Shown here one piece after another: positions 1 through 9,390 of a stretch of 64,000 bases of DNA. The position numbers and the translations under genes are program-made. Source of the stretch: Longimicrobiales bacterium (GTDB taxonomy: Bacteria; Gemmatimonadota; Gemmatimonadetes; Longimicrobiales; Gaopeijiaceae). Location of the stretch: NCBI GenBank assembly GCA_035458765.1, contig DATHZE010000048.1, positions 4,996 through 68,995 of the forward strand, in the 5' to 3' direction. A model generated the notes under the pieces. That model searched no databases, had not been told where the DNA came from, and saw only the letters and a list, made by a program, of their open reading frames with translations. Every line of letters starts with the position of its first letter. Position 1 is the first letter of the stretch.

Positions 1-2
1 TG

Positions 3-1268
3 AACACGGCGGTGGCCAGCATGAAGGCCCTTCTGGATGACGGCTACGATGCCGTCTTCGTGGGTGTGGGCGCGCCCCGGGGGAAGAACCTGGAACTGCC
101 TGGCCGCTACGATACGCCCAACGTCCACATCGGCATCGACTGGCTCGAGTCCGTGGCCTTCCAGCACATCGAAGCCATCGGGGAGAGAGTCCTGGTCATC
201 GGTGTCGGCAACACGGCCATGGACTGCTGCCGGACCGCCAAGCGGCTCGGTGGCAAGGACGTGAAGGTGATGGCACGCCGGGGCCGGAAGGACTTCAAGG
301 CCTCCGACTGGGAGTTGGAGGACGCGGAAGAGGAGCAGATCGAGGTGGTGGAGTACCACTCCCCCAAGGAATTCGTCGTGGAGGGTGGGGTCCTGAAGGG
401 GATGAAGTTCGACGTGGTCGAGTGGTACAAGGACGACGCCGGCAAGGATCGCTCCCGGAACGTGGAGGAGGTGTTCATCCCCTGCGACGACGTGATTCTC
501 GCCATCGGCCAGGAGAACGCGTTCCCCTGGATGGAGCGGGACATCGGCATCGAGTTCGGCGACTGGGACATGCCCATCGTGGACAAGGGCACCATGCAGT
601 GCACCCGTCCCGGCGTTTTCTTCGGCGGCGATGCCGCGTGGGGTCCCGAGAACATCATCTGGGCGGTGGAGCACGGGCATCAGGCCGCCATCTCCATCCA
701 CAACCACTGCCAGGGCATTCCGCTCACGGAGCGGCCCGCCTACGGCATGAACCTCTCTTCGCAGAAAATGGGGCTCCACGAGTGGAGCTATTCCAACGAC
801 TACAATCCCGAGGCCCGCACCAGGATGCGGTACGTGGACCTCGAGGAACGTCTGCGGGGCATGAACGTCGAGGCGGAGCTGGGGTTCAGTCCCGAGGAGA
901 CGGCGCGGGAGGTGGAGCGGTGCCTCAACTGCGACATCCAGACGGACTTCGCCGCCAACCTGTGCATCGAGTGCGACGCGTGCATCGACATCTGCCCGCT
1001 CCACTGCCTCACCATGACGGAGAACGGCATCGAGGCCGACCTCCGCGCGCGCCTCACGGCTCCGGCCGAGAACCTGACCCAGGCGCTGTTCGTTTCCGAA
1101 GATCTCCCCCAGACCCGGCGCGTCATGGTCAAGGACGAGGACCTGTGCGTGCACTGCGGTCTGTGCGCCGAGCGGTGCCCGACGGCGGCCTGGGACATGC
1201 GCAAATCCGAACTTCTCGTTCCCTACGCAGGACACATCTCTTGGCCCACCACGAACGCGACCGTCTGA
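3..1268 (+). CDS. 5'-truncated GltD/SudA-like NAD(P)H flavoprotein fused to a C-terminal 2x[4Fe-4S] ferredoxin domain
   Basis: The frame is open from the first bases of the window, so the N-terminus lies outside it. Rossmann motif VLVIGVGNTAMDCCRTA, FAD motif GVFFGGDAA, then two CxxCxxCxxxCP motifs (CIECDACIDICP, CVHCGLCAERCP). Confidence 0.8.
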   Translation, partial: NTAVASMKALLDDGYDAVFVGVGAPRGKNLELPGRYDTPNVHIGIDWLESVAFQHIEAIGERVLVIGVGNTAMDCCRTAKRLGGKDVKVMARRGRKDFKASDWELEDAEEEQIEVVEYHSPKEFVVEGGVLKGMKFDVVEWYKDDAGKDRSRNVEEVFIPCDDVILAIGQENAFPWMERDIGIEFGDWDMPIVDKGTMQCTRPGVFFGGDAAWGPENIIWAVEHGHQAAISIHNHCQGIPLTERPAYGMNLSSQKMGLHEWSYSNDYNPEARTRMRYVDLEERLRGMNVEAELGFSPEETAREVERCLNCDIQTDFAANLCIECDACIDICPLHCLTMTENGIEADLRARLTAPAENLTQALFVSEDLPQTRRVMVKDEDLCVHCGLCAERCPTAAWDMRKSELLVPYAGHISWPTTNATV

Positions 1269-3073
1269 ACGACTTCGCCCTGAAGGTCGGGACGGTCAAC
1301 GGCACAGGGTCCGCAAGCGCGAATAGCCTGCTGCTGCAGGCTCTGTTTCGCATGGGGATTCCGGTGTCCGGGAAGAACGTCTTCCCCTCCAACATCCAGG
1401 GGCTCCCCACCTGGTACGAGATCCGGGTGAACAAGGACGGCTACACCGCCCGGAGCCCGGACTTCGACGTCGTGGTGGCCATGAACCCCCAGAGTCTGGC
1501 TCGGGACATCGCCGAGGTATCGTCGGGGGGGTGGGTGCTCTATGACTCCACCAAGGCCCTGGACGACGAGCTCCTGCGTGAAGACGTCACGTTCCTCGGA
1601 GTCCCGCTGGCCCGCATGTGCGCCGAGAAATTCGACAAGGCGCGTGAGCGGATCCTGATGAAGAACATCGGCTACGTGGGCGCACTCGTGGCGTTGTTGG
1701 ACATCGAGGTGGACGTCGTCCGCGGGATGTTGGAGGAGAAGTTCTCCCACAAGCCCGCGCTCATCGATTCGAACTTCAAGGCCATCCGCATGGGCCGGGA
1801 GTATGCCGCGGAACACTGGGCGTGTCCCCTCCCCATCCGCGTCCAGCGCATGGACGCGACCAAGGACTGCGTCCTGGTCACGGGCAACGCCGCCACGGCA
1901 TTGGGTTGCGTGTACGCCGGTGCGACAGTGGGGGCGTGGTATCCCATCACGCCGGCCACGTCGGTGATGGACGGCTTCCAGGAGTACTGCGAACGCTTCC
2001 GCGTGGACCCGGATACGGGGAAGAACAACTTCTGCATCATTCAGGCCGAGGACGAGCTGGCCGCGGCGGGCATGGTCATCGGCGCCAACTGGATGGGCGC
2101 GCGGTCCTTCACGCCGACGTCGGGCGCGGGCATCGACCTCATGAGCGAGTTCATCGGCCTGGCCTACTACGCCGAAGTGCCGTCGGTCTTCGTGGACGTG
2201 CAGCGCACGGGGCCTTCCACCGGCATGCCGACGCGCACCCAGCAGGGTGACTTGATGCTCACGGCGTACGCGTCCCACGGCGACACCAAGCACATCGCGC
2301 TGTATCCCGCCAACCCGAAGGAGTGCTTCGAGTTCGCCGTCGCCTCGTTCGATCTGGCCGAGCGCTTCCAGACCCCGGTATTCCTGGTGTCGGACCTCGA
2401 CATCGGCATGAACGACTGGATGATCCCCCGCCTGGAGTGGGACGACGGCTATCGTCCGGACCGTGGCAAGGTGCTGTCCGCCGAGGAGTTGGAGAAGGCG
2501 AAATCGTTCTTCCGCTATCTGGACGTCGACGGCGATGGCATCCCCTATCGCACGCTCCCGGGAGAGCACCCCAAGGGTGCGTTCTTCACCCGAGGCTCGG
2601 GCCACGACAAGCACGGCAGATACACCGAGGATTCCGACGCCTACCTCGAAGTGGTGGACCGCATCGCCCGGAAGATCGAGAGCGCGGCGGACCACGTGCC
2701 GGCTCCGGAGGTCCATGCCCTGGAGGGCGTGAAGGCCCGTTACGGCATCGTCTCCATCGGGGGTGCCCACTGGGCGGTGATGGAGGCCCGGGACGAACTC
2801 CTGGGGGAGAACGTGGACGTGGACTACCTGCGCGTTCGCGGCTTTCCCTTCAACGATACGGTGGAGCGCTTCCTCGCCGAGCACGAGACGATATTCGTAG
2901 TGGAACAGAACCGCGATGCCCAGCTCCGTATGATGCTGGCGCTGGAGACTTCGTGCCCCAAGGCCAAGATGGTGTCGGTGAGGTACTACGGAGGGCAGCC
3001 ACTGAGTAAGGGCCACGTGCTGGCGGGAATCCGGCCCGTGCTGGAACGGGCTTCTGCGGAGGTCGCACCATGA
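1241..3073 (+). CDS. korA: 2-oxoacid:ferredoxin oxidoreductase alpha subunit with N-terminal gamma-like domain (KorA type)
   Basis: NDFALKVGTVNGTGSASANSLL...GKNVFPSNIQGLPTW (gamma-type domain) followed by GNAATALGCVYAGATVGAWYPITPATS (alpha domain). About 600 aa, as in KorA. The start is uncertain: there is no ATG or GTG near the homologous N-terminus. Candidates are TTG 1241 (used here) or CTG 1265, which overlaps the upstream TGA. The 422-1240 part of the listed ORF is an out-of-frame shadow of the upstream gene. Confidence 0.8.
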   Translation: MAHHERDRLNDFALKVGTVNGTGSASANSLLLQALFRMGIPVSGKNVFPSNIQGLPTWYEIRVNKDGYTARSPDFDVVVAMNPQSLARDIAEVSSGGWVLYDSTKALDDELLREDVTFLGVPLARMCAEKFDKARERILMKNIGYVGALVALLDIEVDVVRGMLEEKFSHKPALIDSNFKAIRMGREYAAEHWACPLPIRVQRMDATKDCVLVTGNAATALGCVYAGATVGAWYPITPATSVMDGFQEYCERFRVDPDTGKNNFCIIQAEDELAAAGMVIGANWMGARSFTPTSGAGIDLMSEFIGLAYYAEVPSVFVDVQRTGPSTGMPTRTQQGDLMLTAYASHGDTKHIALYPANPKECFEFAVASFDLAERFQTPVFLVSDLDIGMNDWMIPRLEWDDGYRPDRGKVLSAEELEKAKSFFRYLDVDGDGIPYRTLPGEHPKGAFFTRGSGHDKHGRYTEDSDAYLEVVDRIARKIESAADHVPAPEVHALEGVKARYGIVSIGGAHWAVMEARDELLGENVDVDYLRVRGFPFNDTVERFLAEHETIFVVEQNRDAQLRMMLALETSCPKAKMVSVRYYGGQPLSKGHVLAGIRPVLERASAEVAP

Positions 3074-4125
3074 GCTACATCTCCAAGCCGGTCGCCCGGC
3101 ACCCCAAGATGCGCACCAACGCCCTGGGCCTCACGCCCCGGGACTACGAGGGTGCCATGTCCACGCTGTGTGCGGGATGCGGGCACGATTCGGTGACGGC
3201 CGCGCTGGTGCAGGCGTTCTTCGAGTTGGACGTGGAGCCCCACCGCGTGGCGAAGCTGTCGGGGATCGGGTGCTCGTCCAAAACACCCGCGTACTTCGTG
3301 AAGGAGGCCCATGGCTTCAACTCGGTGCATGGACGTATGCCGTCCATCGCCGCCGGGGCCAACGCGGCCAACCAGGACCTCCTCTACGTGGGGATCTCCG
3401 GAGACGGGGACTCGCTGTCCATCGGGTTGGGGCAGCTCTGCCACGCGATCCGCCGGAACGTGAACATGGTGTACGTGCTGGAGAACAACGGCGTGTACGG
3501 CCTCACCAAGGGACAGTTCTCCGCTTCGGCGGATATCGGCACGCGTTCAAAGAAGGGTGAGGTGAACCGGCAGGGGCCCATCGATCCGGTGAACCTGGCG
3601 CTGTCGCTCGGGGCGACCTTCGTGGCTCGATCGTTCTCCGGTGACAAGCGCCAACTGGTGCCCATCCTCAAGGCGGCCATGAAGCACCGGGGCTTCGCCC
3701 TGGTGGACGTCATCTCGCCGTGCGTGACCTTCAACGACCACAAGGGCTCCACCAAGAGCTATGCCCACACGCGCTTCCACATGCAGGAGGTGGTGGCGAC
3801 GGACTTCGTGCCCCTGCGCAGGGAAATCACCGCCGACATCGCCGAAGGCGCAGTCCAGTCGGTGAAGATGCACGACGGGAGCGTGGTGAAGTTCCGGAAC
3901 GTCGCCGCCGACTACGACCCTACCAACAGGGGCGCCGTCCTCGAGTATCTGCGTGCGTCGAGGGCCAGGGAGGAGGTCGCCACGGGACTGCTGTTCCTGG
4001 AGGAATCGGGTGGGGACATGCACGCCATGTCGAACACGGTGGACCGACCTCTGGTTGACCTGGAGTACGAGACGCTGTGCCCCGGAAGCGCGGCGTTGGA
4101 CGAACTGCAGAAAGAGTGGTGGTGA
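3070..4125 (+). CDS. korB: 2-oxoacid:ferredoxin oxidoreductase beta (TPP-binding) subunit
   Basis: CAGCGHDS and the TPP motif GDGDSLSIG...ENNGVYGLTKGQ. ATGA start/stop overlap with korA (3070-3073). Confidence 0.9.
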   Translation: MSYISKPVARHPKMRTNALGLTPRDYEGAMSTLCAGCGHDSVTAALVQAFFELDVEPHRVAKLSGIGCSSKTPAYFVKEAHGFNSVHGRMPSIAAGANAANQDLLYVGISGDGDSLSIGLGQLCHAIRRNVNMVYVLENNGVYGLTKGQFSASADIGTRSKKGEVNRQGPIDPVNLALSLGATFVARSFSGDKRQLVPILKAAMKHRGFALVDVISPCVTFNDHKGSTKSYAHTRFHMQEVVATDFVPLRREITADIAEGAVQSVKMHDGSVVKFRNVAADYDPTNRGAVLEYLRASRAREEVATGLLFLEESGGDMHAMSNTVDRPLVDLEYETLCPGSAALDELQKEWW

Positions 4126-4135
4126 GGCCCGACGC

Positions 4136-6469
4136 TCAGCGGGGAAGCCCCAAGCTGTCCACCAGAGCCTGGAAACGAGGCTCGTCCCGGATGAAGTCGA
4201 AGATGGGGTCCACCGCGATGTAGGGCATGTTCTGGTCGTGGTCGGCGTACGCCTTTTCCAGGTAGTCCAGGGCTTGCTCGGTCTCTCCTGCGCGCGTGTA
4301 CAGCGTGGCGATCTGCCACGGCGTGACGTACCGGGCCTGCGATCGGGTCTCGAACAGTTCCGCCACGGCGCGAAGCGCCTCGGCATACCCGCCTCGCCCG
4401 TAGCCGTTCTTCAGCGCCGCCACCGCCTCGTCGTCTCCCGCCGCCCGATACGACGCCTCCCACATCTCCATGGCCTCCTCGTGACGACCCATGAGGTGGT
4501 ACGTGGTGCGCAGGGTCGAGAGAACGTAGGGCGCTTCGGGGTCGCGCTCCCTGACCCGCTGTAGCACCGCTTCGGCCTCGCCGTATCGCTTGAGGAAGAC
4601 GAGGTCCTGGGCGTAGACCCCCTGGACCAGTGTGTTGAAGGGATCCAGGCTCGCGGCGCGCTCCACCTCTTCGGTGGCTTCGGCGTCCCGGTCCAGGTAC
4701 AAGAGGAGTTGGGAATAGTAAGCTCGGAGCAGCGAGTCGGTGGGGTCGTCATCGAGCGCCTGCTCGAAGGCGACCAGGGCGTCCCGGAACCGCCAACCCG
4801 ACCAGGTCAGATTCAAGGCACGCTGCGAATGGATCGACGCGAGGGAGGGGTCGAGCTCTTCCGCCTTCGCCTTGAAGGGTTCGCCCCGTGCGATGGCGTC
4901 GGCTCCGGAGACGAGACCCTGTTGAGCCCGCATGAACCAGACGGCGCCGAGGCCCCACCACGCCTCCGCCGAGAGAGAGTCCCGCTCCAGCGCCAGTCGG
5001 TAGTACTCCTCCGCGGTATCGATCCCGGCCGGGGTGAGCTTCTGCCCGTGGAAGCGGGCCTGGAGAAGCAAGTCGTAGACCTGGGGGTCCACCTCGTCGG
5101 AGATCGCCAACTTGGCCAAGACTTCGGAGGACAGGACCACGCCCATCTGGTCGGCGATGGCCCGGGCGGCATCGTGGTACAGTGCGAGGATGTTGCCCGG
5201 CGACGTCTGGAACGCCTGGGACCAGACGATCTCCTCGGTGTCCCGATCCACCATCTGGAGATCGATGGCGACCTGGTTGGACCGGCGTGTGACGCTTCCC
5301 TGCACCACGCCGTCCACGCCCAACTCCGCAGCGATCTCCCGGATCGGGAGCGTGGTCCCGGCGTACTGGGCCACGGAGCCCGGGTTGATGACCCGAATGG
5401 CCTTCGAGAGCTCCACCACCAGGTCGTGGTGAACACCGTCCACGTAGAAGTCCTGGGCGGTGTCGTTCACCGCGTTCCGGAAGGGCAGCACGGCGATGCG
5501 GTCCATCCGGGGCCCTCCGAGGGCGTGAGCGCCCCACCACGCCGTGGCGCCCACCGCGACCGCGCCCAGCGCGAGGGTGGCGCGGTGCAGGAGCCGGCGC
5601 CTGTGACGGGTCCGTGCGTCGGCCTCCACGGCGCGTCTCGTGACGGCTTCGTCCAAGTCGGTGACGAGGTCCGTGGCGGTGTTCTGTCTCGCCGTCGGGT
5701 CGATGGACATCGCCCGATGGATGACCGCCTGGAGCGTCCCTGGGACGTCGGTCCGTGTGGAAGGCAGGCTTGGCGCCCCCCCAGCCAGCTTCCGCGCCAG
5801 CGTGGCCTGGGGGGTCCCCGCCCTGAACGGAGGCGTTCCCGCCAGCATCTCGTGGAGCATGCACCCGAGGGCGTAGACGTCGGTGCGTTGATCCACCGGA
5901 AGGTCGGCATCGAACTGCTCCGGGCTCATGTAGTCGATGGTCCCCACCGCGACCCCCGTCCGCGTGAGACGGCGTCCCGTCTCTTCGGCCACCTGGGCGA
6001 TACCGAAGTCGCAAACCATGGCGTGGCCGGCTTGGAAGAGGATGTTCTCCGGCTTGATGTCGCGGTGCACCAGCCCCATCCCATGAGCGTACGCCAGGGC
6101 GTCCCCCACCTCGCGCGCCACCCGCAGCGCCTCTTCCACGGGGAGCGGGCCGTCCCGGTCGAGCCTGGTGCGCAGCGAGTCCCCTTCCACGTGGGGCATG
6201 ACGAAGTACTGGAGCCCGTTGGTCTCGCCTGAATCGTGGAGTGCCAGGATGTTCGGGTGGTTCAGGCGGGCCGCCACCTGGATTTCCCGACGGAAGCGGG
6301 TTCCCTCTGATCCGATGGACGTCTCGGGGCGAAGGACCTTGAGAGCGACCTGTCTGCCGTGCTTCAGGTCATCCGCGAGGTACACCAGAGCCATGCCGCC
6401 CTCACCGAGCAGCCGCACGATGTGGTAGTGGCCCGCGAGGCCTTCCTCCAGTTGGGGCGCGACGTCCAT
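4136..6469 (-). CDS. Ser/Thr protein kinase with TolB_N-like linker domain and C-terminal TPR repeats
   Basis: Hanks kinase motifs GEGGMALVY, HRDIKPENIL, DFG, MSPEQ. One TM segment, then a long TPR region ending ...DPIFDFIRDEPRFQALVDSLGLPR. Confidence 0.9.
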   Translation of the reverse strand: MDVAPQLEEGLAGHYHIVRLLGEGGMALVYLADDLKHGRQVALKVLRPETSIGSEGTRFRREIQVAARLNHPNILALHDSGETNGLQYFVMPHVEGDSLRTRLDRDGPLPVEEALRVAREVGDALAYAHGMGLVHRDIKPENILFQAGHAMVCDFGIAQVAEETGRRLTRTGVAVGTIDYMSPEQFDADLPVDQRTDVYALGCMLHEMLAGTPPFRAGTPQATLARKLAGGAPSLPSTRTDVPGTLQAVIHRAMSIDPTARQNTATDLVTDLDEAVTRRAVEADARTRHRRRLLHRATLALGAVAVGATAWWGAHALGGPRMDRIAVLPFRNAVNDTAQDFYVDGVHHDLVVELSKAIRVINPGSVAQYAGTTLPIREIAAELGVDGVVQGSVTRRSNQVAIDLQMVDRDTEEIVWSQAFQTSPGNILALYHDAARAIADQMGVVLSSEVLAKLAISDEVDPQVYDLLLQARFHGQKLTPAGIDTAEEYYRLALERDSLSAEAWWGLGAVWFMRAQQGLVSGADAIARGEPFKAKAEELDPSLASIHSQRALNLTWSGWRFRDALVAFEQALDDDPTDSLLRAYYSQLLLYLDRDAEATEEVERAASLDPFNTLVQGVYAQDLVFLKRYGEAEAVLQRVRERDPEAPYVLSTLRTTYHLMGRHEEAMEMWEASYRAAGDDEAVAALKNGYGRGGYAEALRAVAELFETRSQARYVTPWQIATLYTRAGETEQALDYLEKAYADHDQNMPYIAVDPIFDFIRDEPRFQALVDSLGLPR

Positions 6470-6521
6470 CCCTCAAGATGGGGTACCCGCTGCCGCCACG
6501 CGACACCGGCACCTGCGCGCG

Positions 6522-6671
6522 GCGCTGGCCATCACCCTCGGAGGCGGGATCAGGGGTGCCTGAGCGACGTGTGGGCCTACCCCGACGAGGAACTCCTCGT
6601 CGTCGTCCTGCAGAACTCCGCGAGCCAGAAGGGGCCGGGGCTTCTCGCCCGGTCGCTCATGGAGGCAGTGA
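6522..6671 (+). pseudogene. possible 3' relic of a beta-lactamase-family serine hydrolase gene
   Basis: Intergenic DNA with near-uniform GC3 reads ...CLSDVWAYPDEELLVVVLQNSASQKGPGLLARSLMEAVI. This resembles the C-terminal P-x-x-x-L-x-VVVL-x-N segment of class-C-like hydrolases. Immediately upstream, the coding-like signal shifts frame (ALAITLGGGIRGA then TGA). Confidence 0.3.
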
Positions 6672-8036
6672 TCAGGTCGTCAGGGCCAACTCCCGGTAGA
6701 GCCTTACCATGGTCTTCATCCCCCGCTCGAGCTGGCTCACGGCGATCCACTCGTTGGGCGCGTGCATGTTGGCCCCGGGGAGGGCGAAGCCCATGACCGC
6801 CACCGAGGGGGTGAGAAACTCGGAGAAGTCGCTGGCGATGGGCAAGGTCCCGCCGTGGGCGACCCGCACGGGCTCGATCCCGTAGACGTCGGCCAGGGCC
6901 CGGGAAGCGGCGTCGAAGAGCGCGCCGGTGGGGTCGGACCGGAAGGGACGGTTCGCCTGGAATCCGGTGACGGTGACCTGCATGCCCTCGGGTGCGCGGT
7001 CTGCAACGTGCTTCTTGAGCAGGCTGGTGATGTGCTCCGGGTCCTGATCGGGAACCAGTCGGCAACTCACCTTGGCCAGGGCGCTGGAGGGGAGCACGGT
7101 CTTCTTTCCCGGTCCCGTATACCCGCCGACGATGCCGTTCACGTCCAGACAGGGGCGGATCCAGAGCCGCTCAGGGGTGCTGTAGCCCGGTTCGCCCTGG
7201 AGGGAGGCTCCCCCGGCGGAGCGCTGGAACGCCGCCTCGTCGTAGCCGAGCTCCGCCCAGGATGCGCGCACGTCCGCCGGGACGTCCAGCACCGAATCGT
7301 AGAAACCATCCACGGCGACACGGCCGTCCGGGTGGTGGAATGACGCCAGAATCCGAGCCAGAGCGTGGACCGGGTTGGGCACCGCGCCGCCGTACTGCCC
7401 CGAATGGAGGTCGTGCGGACCCGTCCGGACCTCGATCTCCACGTAGGCCATGCCCCGCATGCCGAAGATCAGACTCGGACGGGTGGGTGTGAACATCATG
7501 GAGTCGGCGATGACCGCGTGGTCGGCATGGAGCGCCTCGCGGTTGGCGGCCACGTAGGGTGTGAGGTGGGTGGAGCCCACCTCCTCCTCCCCTTCGAAGA
7601 GAAGGATGAGATTCACGGGCATCCCGTCGGTGGCCAGAGCCGCTTCGGCCGCTGCGATCTGGAGGATCACCTGGGCCTTGTCGTCCGCGGCACCACGGGC
7701 GACGAAGTTGGCGCCCTCCCTGGTCAATTCGAAGGGCGGCGAGCGCCACTCGCCCAGAGGATCCGGGGGCTGGACGTCGTAGTGGGCGTACACGAGCAGC
7801 GTGGGCGCTTCCGGTCCGGCCACGTGACGCCCCAGGACCAGGGGGTGCCCTGCCGTCTCCACGATTTCGGCGGAGAGGCCGGCCTGCTCCATGCGGCGGC
7901 GCACCCACCCGGCCGCCTTCCGCACTTCATCGGCCTTGGCCGGATCGGTTGAGATGCTGGGGATGGCGATGAGCTCGGCGAAGTCGTCGAGAAACCGGGT
8001 GAGGTTCTGATCGATGTACTGGTCGGCTGTGGCCAC
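6672..8036 (-). CDS. M20 family dipeptidase/peptidase (ArgE/DapE/CPG2 clan)
   Basis: LLVYAHYDVQPPDPLGEW, RGAADDKAQV, EGEEEVGS. I use the GTG start at 8036 (VATADQYIDQNL...), which gives the usual ~455 aa. The 85-aa upstream extension in the track has no homology-like features. Confidence 0.85.
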   Translation of the reverse strand: MATADQYIDQNLTRFLDDFAELIAIPSISTDPAKADEVRKAAGWVRRRMEQAGLSAEIVETAGHPLVLGRHVAGPEAPTLLVYAHYDVQPPDPLGEWRSPPFELTREGANFVARGAADDKAQVILQIAAAEAALATDGMPVNLILLFEGEEEVGSTHLTPYVAANREALHADHAVIADSMMFTPTRPSLIFGMRGMAYVEIEVRTGPHDLHSGQYGGAVPNPVHALARILASFHHPDGRVAVDGFYDSVLDVPADVRASWAELGYDEAAFQRSAGGASLQGEPGYSTPERLWIRPCLDVNGIVGGYTGPGKKTVLPSSALAKVSCRLVPDQDPEHITSLLKKHVADRAPEGMQVTVTGFQANRPFRSDPTGALFDAASRALADVYGIEPVRVAHGGTLPIASDFSEFLTPSVAVMGFALPGANMHAPNEWIAVSQLERGMKTMVRLYRELALTT

Positions 8037-8259
8037 GGTGTCGATAGGAGCTGGGGAGGGCCTGGGTCGCAATCTTGTGCCTCGGCGGCCGGGCAGAAAG
8101 AGGGGGAACTCCCCTACCCGAAGCCTTGGCGCCGGAAGCGCTTCGAAAGCCGTTCCCCCACATTCCGCCAGGGGGATCTCCCGACTGCATCCGGGCGGGG
8201 CGGCCACAGCTTTCGGAATGCGCGCGGGAGACGTCCGGCGCTCCATTCTCGAGGGTGTC

Positions 8260-9390
8260 ATGCGCGAGTTCATCGACGGCGCCGAGGCCATCGCCCGGGC
8301 TGCCCTTCATGCGGGTTGTGATTTCTTCGCCGGGTATCCCATCACGCCGGCGACACCCATCCTGCTGCACATGGCCCGGGAACTCCCCAAGGTGGGGGGC
8401 GTGGCCATCCAGGGAGAGGACGAGATCGCGTCCATGGGCTTCTGCATCGGCGCGGCCATGACCGGATCCCGGGTGCTCACCGCGACCAGCGGCCCCGGCC
8501 TCAGTCTCTACAGCGAGAACGTGGGTCTGGCCATCATGGGGGAAGTGCCCATGGTCATCGTGGCCGTGCAGCGCATGGGACCGGCTACGGGCGGCGCCAC
8601 CACCGTAGCTCAGGGTGACATCCAGTTCCTGCGTTGGGGCACGTCGGGCGGCTTCCCGGTCATCGTGTTGGCGCCGACCTCCGTGGCCGAGTGCTACTCC
8701 CTCACCCTCAAGGCGTTCGACCTGGCGGAGCGCTTCCGCGTGCCCGTCTTCGTCGCCACGGACAAGGAGACGGTGCTTTCCAGAAGCACCGTGGACGTGG
8801 CGGCCTGGGAGAAGGTCCCGGTGCGGGATCGGCGCACCGCTCCGGCGGATCAACCGTTCGTCCCGTATCCGCTCGATGCGCCCGAAGGTGTGCCCGACAT
8901 GTCCCCCATCGGGGGCGGGCACCTGCTTCGTTTCACCACGTCGTCGCACGACGAGCGGGGATACCTGTCCAAGAGCGCCGCCCAGGTGGACGGGCTGAAC
9001 CGCAGGCTCACCACCAAGGTGGAAGCGCACATGGACGAGATCGGCCTCGTGGAAGCCGACCTGGAGGATGGCGCCAAGACCCTGGTCGTGAGCTACGGCA
9101 TCACGGCCAGGGCCGTGAAGGAGGCGGTGCACCGCGGGCGCAGGGAAGGACTCGCGCTGTCGAGCCTCACGGTCCACTCCCTCTGGCCGGTCCCCGAGGG
9201 TGCCATCCTCCAGGTCATGGAGGGGATCGAGCGGGTGGTGGTCGCCGAGCTGAACCTGGGCCAGTACTCCAGGGAGATCGAGCGCCTGGTTCACGGACGG
9301 GCCCGGGTCGAAGGACTGCACCGAGTGGATGGCGAGCTGATCACGCCGGAGCAGATCCTCGAGGCGGTATCGCCGGAGGTGCCCGCATGA
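8260..9390 (+). CDS. 2-oxoacid:ferredoxin oxidoreductase alpha subunit (short form, no gamma domain)
   Basis: MREFIDGAEAIARAALHAGCDFFAGYPITPATP...TATSGPGLSL. ATG 8260 is preceded by GAGGG. Confidence 0.88.
   Translation: MREFIDGAEAIARAALHAGCDFFAGYPITPATPILLHMARELPKVGGVAIQGEDEIASMGFCIGAAMTGSRVLTATSGPGLSLYSENVGLAIMGEVPMVIVAVQRMGPATGGATTVAQGDIQFLRWGTSGGFPVIVLAPTSVAECYSLTLKAFDLAERFRVPVFVATDKETVLSRSTVDVAAWEKVPVRDRRTAPADQPFVPYPLDAPEGVPDMSPIGGGHLLRFTTSSHDERGYLSKSAAQVDGLNRRLTTKVEAHMDEIGLVEADLEDGAKTLVVSYGITARAVKEAVHRGRREGLALSSLTVHSLWPVPEGAILQVMEGIERVVVAELNLGQYSREIERLVHGRARVEGLHRVDGELITPEQILEAVSPEVPA

Noticed and set aside
422-1240. Long N-terminal extensions in the ORF track: 422-1240, 8014-8259, 8634-9386, 17591-18694, 32036-32629, 35489-36277, 41851-42450. 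Also fused listings that span two genes: 48212-50065 and 49962-51770.
   Set aside because: The extensions overlap neighbouring real genes, lack homology-like sequence, and internal starts with SD sequences or signal peptides fit the family lengths.
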